Source: an uncultured Actinomycetota bacterium
Lineage (GTDB): Bacteria; Actinomycetota; Actinomycetes; Mycobacteriales; Mycobacteriaceae
Length of the DNA stretch: 64,000 nt
NCBI GenBank assembly: GCA_963753095.1
Contig: CAVWBC010000009.1
Location: forward strand, 35,417-99,416
Reading direction: 5' to 3'
Positions within the stretch are counted from its first letter, which is position 1. Each line of letters begins with the position of its first letter. Positions 57,608 to 64,000 of this stretch are shown one piece after another. A program made the translations under genes and the position numbers. Below the pieces are notes generated by a model that was not told where the DNA came from, did not search any database, and worked only from the letters and a program-made list of their open reading frames with translations.

Positions 57608-58078
57608 TCACTCCGGCGTCTTCGTGATGAGCTGCAGTCGATGTGTCTGTGGTCTGGAGAATGCGGCCATCGCCGCGTCCACGGTGCGGGCGGTCGGTAG
57701 CGAGCCCTGCGGGTCGCAGATCCGCAGCACCCGGGTGACGGCGGCGCCGGGCACCATCGCCCAGACGGTTCCAACCCGCGCGCACGACACCGACACCCGG
57801 TGCAGCGCCGAGAAGCCCTCGGTCCCAAAGAAATCCAGGTCGCTCAGATCCAGGACGAGCGCCGCGGCAACGCGTCACGTGCGCAACCGCGTGGTCGGTC
57901 AGGCTGCCGGCGTTCGAGGCGTCGATTTCGCCGTGGGCGCTGATAACGGCCACCGACGATGTCGGCCAGCGAGCATGCCAACCGGGCGCTGTGACCGTTT
58001 CGATGACCACTGAGCGTGGCGATCGATAACGGCGTCACCCCGGATGACCGAGCGGCGAGGACACTGACTGATAATCAT
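57608..58078 (-). CDS. STAS-domain anti-sigma-factor antagonist, frameshifted
   Basis: VISAHGEIDASNA, LVLDLSDLDFFGTEGFSALHRV, W.MVPG.AV.RVLRICDP; ATG 58078 lies at the end of leader copy C. Confidence 0.82.
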
Positions 58079-58206
58079 GGTGATCCCGACGTGCAGACGA
58101 TCACCGGCGCGTGGGGTTCGGAGCCAACGCTCCTTGAGTTCCGCAGCGGACAGCTGAACTCATCCCGGACCAGCTGCAATTCTCAGCCACGGATGACGCT
58201 ACACCC
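58075..58206 (-). promoter_or_regulatory. Structured leader element, copy C (promoter + 5' UTR of the STAS gene)
   Basis: About 19 differences from copy A over 133 nt by manual alignment, located in loops/linkers or pairing-compatible. Confidence 0.75.
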
Positions 58207-58415
58207 GTTCAGACCATTCCGACCGGTCATTGTGATGGCCTGTTCGCCAACTGCGGGTTACGGCCGATGCCGCCTCCCTGAGGCAGGATCAGCCCATCTC
58301 GCCAGACTCGGCTGCCCTAGGATGGAGACTGTCGCGCGGCGGGTGCGCCGCGGGTAGATCGCACGGCCCCGGTGCGTTTGCGGGCACCGGCAGGATGTGA
58401 GTGCAGGTATCGCCC

Positions 58416-59223
58416 ATGACCGAGTTCAGTGGGACGGCCCCGGCGGCTCACCGGGTGTGTCGCTGACCCCGGAGCGAGCCAGCGCCGACGCTGCCGACCT
58501 GCGGGCCGGGATCGACGACCTCGCCGGTCTGGTGTCGGACGGTCTGGGACTGCCCGAATTGCTCGCTGACGGTTGCGACTTTCGCTGTTCACGCGATACC
58601 GGGCGCTGAGGGTGCCGGGGTGACCTTGTTGCGGGTCGACCGGGTCGACAACATGGTCGAGGCGTTGGCGGCGAGCGCTCCGTTTGTCGCCGAGATCGAC
58701 GAAATCCAGTACGTGACTCTGCAGGAAGGGCCGTGCATCACAGCGGCACTGGAACGACGCACGGTGCGGTCCGGGTCGTTGGGTGGGGAGACCATGTGGC
58801 CGCGGTTCGGCCCGCGGGTGGGCCGGCTCGGAGTGCACAGCGCGCTGTCGCTGCCGCTGCTGCTGCAGCGATCAGGTTGTCGGGGCGATCAACGTCTACG
58901 CCCACGGCAAGGACGCCTTCGACGAGCACGCCGCCGAACTCGGCGAACTGTTCGCCAAACCCGCCGCCGTGGCCGTGCACAACGCCCAGGTCCTCGCACA
59001 GGCGACGACGCTGGCCGCCCAGTTGCAGGCCGCGCTGTCGACCCGACCAGTGATCGACCAGGCTATCGGCCTGATCCGCGGACGCACCGGGCGCAGCGCC
59101 GAGGAGGCATTCTCACAGCTGCGGGCCATCAGCCAGTCCGAACACCGCAAGTTGGCCGAGGTGGCCCAACGCATTGTCGATGAGGCCGTCCGCCGCGCCC
59201 GCGCCCGCAACAACCCGACCTGA
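58416..59223 (+). CDS. GAF + ANTAR domain protein, frameshifted
   Basis: AIPGAEGAGVT, IDEIQY...EGPCITA, WPRF, SALSLPL, GAINVY; ANTAR LSTRPVIDQAIGLI...AFSQLRAISQ.EHRKLAEVA. Confidence 0.88.
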
Positions 59224-59419
59224 GCCGGCAATGTCTTGCCGATCCATGGCGACGCACCGCCGGACGGCCGCATGCGCGTAGGTTGATAGGTGGGGAACAT
59301 TTCACGGGACGGGTCCTGACTCGCGTCCCGGATTCCCCACCGTGTGGGGCGACTCGCCCCGTTCGGCCCGGCAGGCTCGATCTCGCGCTCGGGAGCGCGC
59401 CCACCGGAGCAGTCGGCCC

Positions 59420-60022
59420 ATGAACATCACCACGGGCCTGGCCACCGATCTGCGCCGCCTCACCGCGGCACTCGATGAGCCCGGCGCCGATATCGCACAG
59501 AGTCTGCACAAGATGGCCGCCGACACCCAAGCGGCTGTGCGCAGCTACCTCGGCCTGAACGTGAGCGTGAGCCGCAGTGATCCCCTGTTCACATTCACCT
59601 ACCTCAACGACGGCGTCGTAGCCGGCGACATCGCCACCTCGCTGCGGCTGACACTGCCGAGTATCGGTGACAGCTGGGCCCCGCCGGCGGTGGCGCTCAT
59701 CTTGTACGCCGGGTCGCCGGGAGCCTTTGTCGACCTCGCCGCCGATCTGGCCTGGTTGACTGCCCGCCCGCTGAGCGACTTCGTCCTCGACCAACACCTC
59801 ACCCTCCCCGCCGGTTCGGAGTCCGGCGCACAGCTGTCGGCTGCGTCGGTCATCAACCAGGCCATCGGGGTTCTCATCGGCTTCGGCTACACCCCCCAGC
59901 AAGCCGATCGGCGACTCGACACCCAGGCCGCCCATGCAGGCACCGACCGCTACGCCGCCGCCCACCTCATCCTCGCCATGCGCACCGGCGGCGACGTCGA
60001 ACAGGGGTTCGGCATCCGGTGA
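59420..60022 (+). CDS. Protein with degenerate GAF-like region and C-terminal ANTAR-like helix bundle
   Basis: C-terminal SVINQAIGVLIG.GYTPQQA...L...AA; GGAG RBS. Confidence 0.68.
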   Translation: MNITTGLATDLRRLTAALDEPGADIAQSLHKMAADTQAAVRSYLGLNVSVSRSDPLFTFTYLNDGVVAGDIATSLRLTLPSIGDSWAPPAVALILYAGSPGAFVDLAADLAWLTARPLSDFVLDQHLTLPAGSESGAQLSAASVINQAIGVLIGFGYTPQQADRRLDTQAAHAGTDRYAAAHLILAMRTGGDVEQGFGIR

Positions 60023-60071
60023 GGGTGTCCGTAGCCACGCCGAATTCACTTGCCGCGCCTATCGTGAGGAA

Positions 60072-61749
60072 ATGACTGGTGACGAGACCAGCAGCACGGG
60101 TGCCGGTCGAGACACTGCCGAACCGCCGCAGGACGTCACGCGGCTTCCAGACTTGACGGATGGTCGACCCAGGGCGGGGCCGGTGCGCACGCGCCGACCC
60201 GTCTACGTCGATTTGATGCCGCCCTGCAACTCCGGTTGCCCCGCCGGGGAGAACATCCAGGCTTGGCTGGCCCATGCCACGGCCGGCCGCCACGAACAGG
60301 CCTGGCGTCGGCTCGTCGCGGACAATCCCTTTGCCGCAATCCACGGCCGGGTCTGCTATCACCCGTGTGAAACCGTTTGCAACCGAGCACATCTCGACAG
60401 CGCAGTATCGATCCATTCGGTGGAGCGGTTCCTCGGCGACCTTGCGCGGGAACAAGGCTGGATGTTCGATCCGCCGCCCGTCCGCAGCGGCCGGCGGGTG
60501 TTGATCGTCGGCGCCGGACCGAGCGGGCTTTCTGCGGCCTACCATTTGGCGCGCCTCGGCCACGAGGTCGAGATCCGCGATGCGGGCGCCGAGCCCGGCG
60601 GAATGATGCGTTACGGCATCCCGAACTACCGGCTGCCCCGCGACGTGCTCGAAGTCGAGCTCAACCGCATCGCCGCACTGGGCGTCCAGCTCACCTGCGG
60701 GCACCGGGTCGAGGACCTCGCCGCCGAGCGGGACGAGGGCCGCTTCGACGCGGTGTTCGTCGCGGTCGGTGCGCACCTGGCCAAACGTGTCGACATCCCG
60801 GCCACCGACGCCGGCACCATGGTCGACGCGGTGTCGTTTCTGCATAGCGTCGCCTCCGGCGAAAAGCCCTCGATCGGAAGGCATGTCGCGGTCTACGGCG
60901 GCGGCAACACCGCGATGGACGCTGCCCGCGTGGCGCGTCGGCTCGGTGCCGACGACGCCGTCATCGTCTACCGCCGCACGCGCGAGCAGATGCCGGCTCA
61001 CGAGGAGGAGGCCGAGGAGGCCGAACGTGAGGGCGTGCGGATCAACTGGCTGCGGACGATCACCGCCTTCGACGGCCCCGAATTGCAGGTCGAGGTCATG
61101 GAACTCGACGAGTCGGGTTACCCACGGCCGACCGGGCGGTTCGAGACGCTGGCCGCCGACACCCTGATCATGGCGCTGGGTCAGGAGACCGAGTCGGCCT
61201 TCATGCGGACACTGCCCGGCGTGGTGGTCGAACACGACGGCAGCGTGCGCGTCTCGGAATCACTGATGACCGGTTGCCCGGGGGTGTTCGCCGGCGGGGA
61301 CATGGTGCCCTGTGAGCGGACGGTGACCGTCGGTGTCGGGCACGGGAAGAAGGCGGCCCACCACATCGATGCCTGGCTGCGCCGGCGCTCCTGACGCGCG
61401 CCCGGCCAAGCACCCGACGGCGACGTTCGACTCGCTGCACCTGTGGTTCTTCGGGGACTCCGCACGACGTCAACAACCCGAACTGGAACCGGTGGAAGCC
61501 GTGAAAGGTTTCCGGGAAGTGGTCGGCGGCTTGTCGGCCGAGGAGGCGACCTACGAGGCGGGGCGTTGCCTCTCCTGCGGCAACTGCTTCGAATGCGACG
61601 GCTGCCTCGGCGCGTGCCCCGAGGACGCGGTGATCAAACTCGGGGTCGGACATCGGTACAGGTTCGACTACGACAAGTGCACCGGCTGTGCCGTCTGCTT
61701 CGATCAGTGCCCGGTACACGCCATCGACATGTTCCCGGAGCCGACATGA
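60072..61749 (+). CDS. GltD/NfnB-like NAD(P)H-dependent Fe-S flavoprotein with C-terminal 2x[4Fe-4S] domain, frameshift near 61385
   Basis: PCNSGCPAG, GRVCYHPCE..C.R, IVGAGPSGL, GGMMRYGIP, GGGNTAMD, FAGGD; RCLSCGNCFECDGC...CP, KCTGCAVCFDQCP. Confidence 0.88.
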
Positions 61750-64000
61750 CCCGCGTGACGGTGGACGGCAACGAGGCCGCCGTCTCGGTCGCCTACCGGC
61801 TCAACGAGGTGTGCTGCATCTACCCGATCACGCCGTCGTCACCGATGGCCGAGTTGGCCGACGAATGGTCCAGCGCACAGCGGACCAATGTGTGGGGCAC
61901 CGTCCCGACAGTGGTCGAAATGCAAAGCGAGGGTGGCGCGGCGGGCGCTCTGCACGGCGCTCTGCAGAGCGGCGCGTTGACCACGACCTTCACCTCGTCG
62001 CAGGGCCTGCTGCTGATGATCCCGAATATGTACAAGATCGCCGGCGAACTGACCTCGGCGGTCATCAATGTGGCAGCCAGATCAGTTGCGGCGCAGGCAT
62101 TGTCGATCTTCGGTGACCACTCGGACGTGATGGCCGTGCGGCAAACGGGGTTCGCGATGCTCGCGTCGGCCTCGGTTCAGGAGGCACAGGACCTGGCGCT
62201 CATCGCGCAGGCGGCCACACTGGCGACCCGGGTACCGTTCGTGCACTTCTTCGACGGGTTCCGAACCTCGCACGAACTCAACACGATTGAGACGCTGTCC
62301 GACGACGACCTGCGGGCGCTGGTGCCCGAGGACCTGGTCTGGGCACATCGCGGGCGGGCACTGTCGCCGGAGCGCCCGTTCATCCGCGGCACCGCGCAGA
62401 ACCCGGACGTCTACTTCCAGGCGCGGGAAACGGTGAACCCGTTCTACGCGCGGGTTCCGGGGGTGGTCGCGGACCTGATGGCGCGCCTTGGCGAGCGCAC
62501 CGGCCGCACGATGGGCATCGTCGACTACACCGGGCATCCGGAGGCGGAGCGAGTGCTGGTGCTGATGGGCTCGGGTGCCGAGACTGTGGCGCAAACCGTC
62601 GCCGCTCTGGTCGAGCAAGGCGAGCGGGTCGGCGTGGTGCAGATGCGGTTGTACCGGCCGTTTCCCACCGCGGCGCTACTGGAAGCACTGCCGGCGACGG
62701 TACGCACGGTCGGCGTTCTGGACCGCACCAAGGAGCCCGGTTCGATCGGCGAACCGCTGTATCTGGACGTGCGTCGCTGCGCTCGCCGAGGCGCATCCGA
62801 CGGGGAGCGGCCGGTGATGCCACGCAGTCAGCGGCGGGCGCTACGGCTTGTCGTCGAAGGAGTTCACGCCCGCCATGGTCGCCGGCGTGTTCGCCGAACT
62901 CGCCCGCGAGCAGCCGCGGCGGCGGTTCACCATCGGTATCGACGACGACGTCTCGGGCACCAGCGTCGACTACGACCCGTCATTCGACATCGAGTCGCCC
63001 AAGACATTCCGGGCGGTCTTCTTCGGGCTCGGTTCGGACGGTACCGTCGAGCGCGAACAAGAACACGATCAAGATTATGGGGTCGGAAGAGGGCCTGTTC
63101 GCCCAGGCGTACTTCGTCTACGACTCGAAGAAATCGGGTTCGCAGACCGAGTCGCATCTGCGCTTCGGGCCGGATCCCATCCATGCGCCTTACCTCGTGA
63201 ACGGCGCCAATTTCGTTGGCTGCCATCAGTTCCGGTTTCTCGACACGCGCGATGTGCTCGGCCGGGCCGCGCCGGGGGCCACGCTGCTGCTGAACTGCCG
63301 GCATCAGCCGGACAAGGTCTGGGACGCGCTGCCCCGAGCGGACCCAGGAGCAGATCATCGCCAAGGGAATCACGCTCTACACCGTCGATGCCGGCCGGAT
63401 CGCCCGTGAGGTCGGACTGGCCGGGCGGATCAACATCGTGTTGCAGACGTGCTTCTTCGCGATCTCGGCGGTGTTGCCCCGCGAGCAGGCGATCGCCCGC
63501 ATCAAGGAATCGGCGGAGAAGATGTACGGCAACCGCGGCGCCGACGTGCTGCGGCGCGAACTGGCCGCCGTCGACGCTGCACTGGACGGGCTGCATCGCG
63601 TCGAGGTGCCGGACCTGGCCACGTCCGAGCGCGCGCCGGTACCCACGGTGCCCGAGGACGCGCCGGAGTTCGTGCGCACCGTGACCGCGGAGATGATGGC
63701 CGGGCGCGGAGACGCGTTGCCGGTCAGCGCACTTCCGGTGGACGGCACCTATCCCAGTGGCACGACCGCGTACGAGAAACGCAACATCTCCGAACTGGTG
63801 GCGGTCTGGGATGCCGGGAACTGCATTCAGTGTGGCAACTGCAGCTTCGTCTGCCCGCACAGCGTGATCCGCTCGAAGCACTACGACCAATCCCGGCTGG
63901 CGGGCGCGCCGGAGCAGTTCGACTCGGCGCCACTGGACGCGGTCGGGCTGCCGAACGCCCGCTACTCGCTGCAGGTTTACGTCGAGGACTGCACCGGATG
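61746..64000 (+). CDS. nifJ: Pyruvate:ferredoxin (flavodoxin) oxidoreductase, NifJ type; partial and frameshifted
   Basis: DGNEA, YPITPSS.MAE, MQSEGGAAG, IFGDHSDV, DGFRTSHE, GTAQNPD.YFQ, GLGSDGT, YDSKKSG, YEKRNI, CIQCGNC.FVCPH, EDCTG. Confidence 0.93.

Overview
High-GC actinobacterial chromosome segment, almost certainly Mycobacterium/Mycolicibacterium (ligB, cstA, antigen-85, mycolic-acid cyclopropane synthase, DUF222/REP13E12, mycobacterial LexA box). About 1-36 kb holds housekeeping and catabolic genes: SDR, sulfite-oxidase-like enzyme, ligB, GNAT-AAA fusion, cstA-ybdD, Ag85, an acyl-CoA dehydrogenase pair, a xanthine-dehydrogenase-like/ABM/multicopper-oxidase operon, an Mhp-like meta-cleavage cluster, BVMO-TetR and WS/DGAT. 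About 36-64 kb is a mosaic accessory region with fermentative/stress genes (Zn-ADH, phosphoketolase remnant, slipin, P3A H+-ATPase, PPK2, OtsB1-like fusion, PEP synthase, DosS/T-like kinase, GltD-like Fe-S flavoprotein, NifJ-type PFOR) interleaved with DUF5994, STAS and ANTAR regulatory genes and several gene remnants. The most notable unexplained feature is a ~130-nt element present three times (41884-42016 -, 43816-43944 +, 58075-58206 -). Each copy starts with a TAGCGT -10 box, folds into hairpins with compensatory changes and ends exactly at an RBS plus ATG, so it is a candidate undescribed cis-regulatory leader RNA. One copy lies next to ANTAR RNA-binding protein genes. More than 20 genes carry 1-nt frameshifts that look like long-read consensus errors rather than real pseudogenisation. 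All calls come from motif recognition; no database searches were run.
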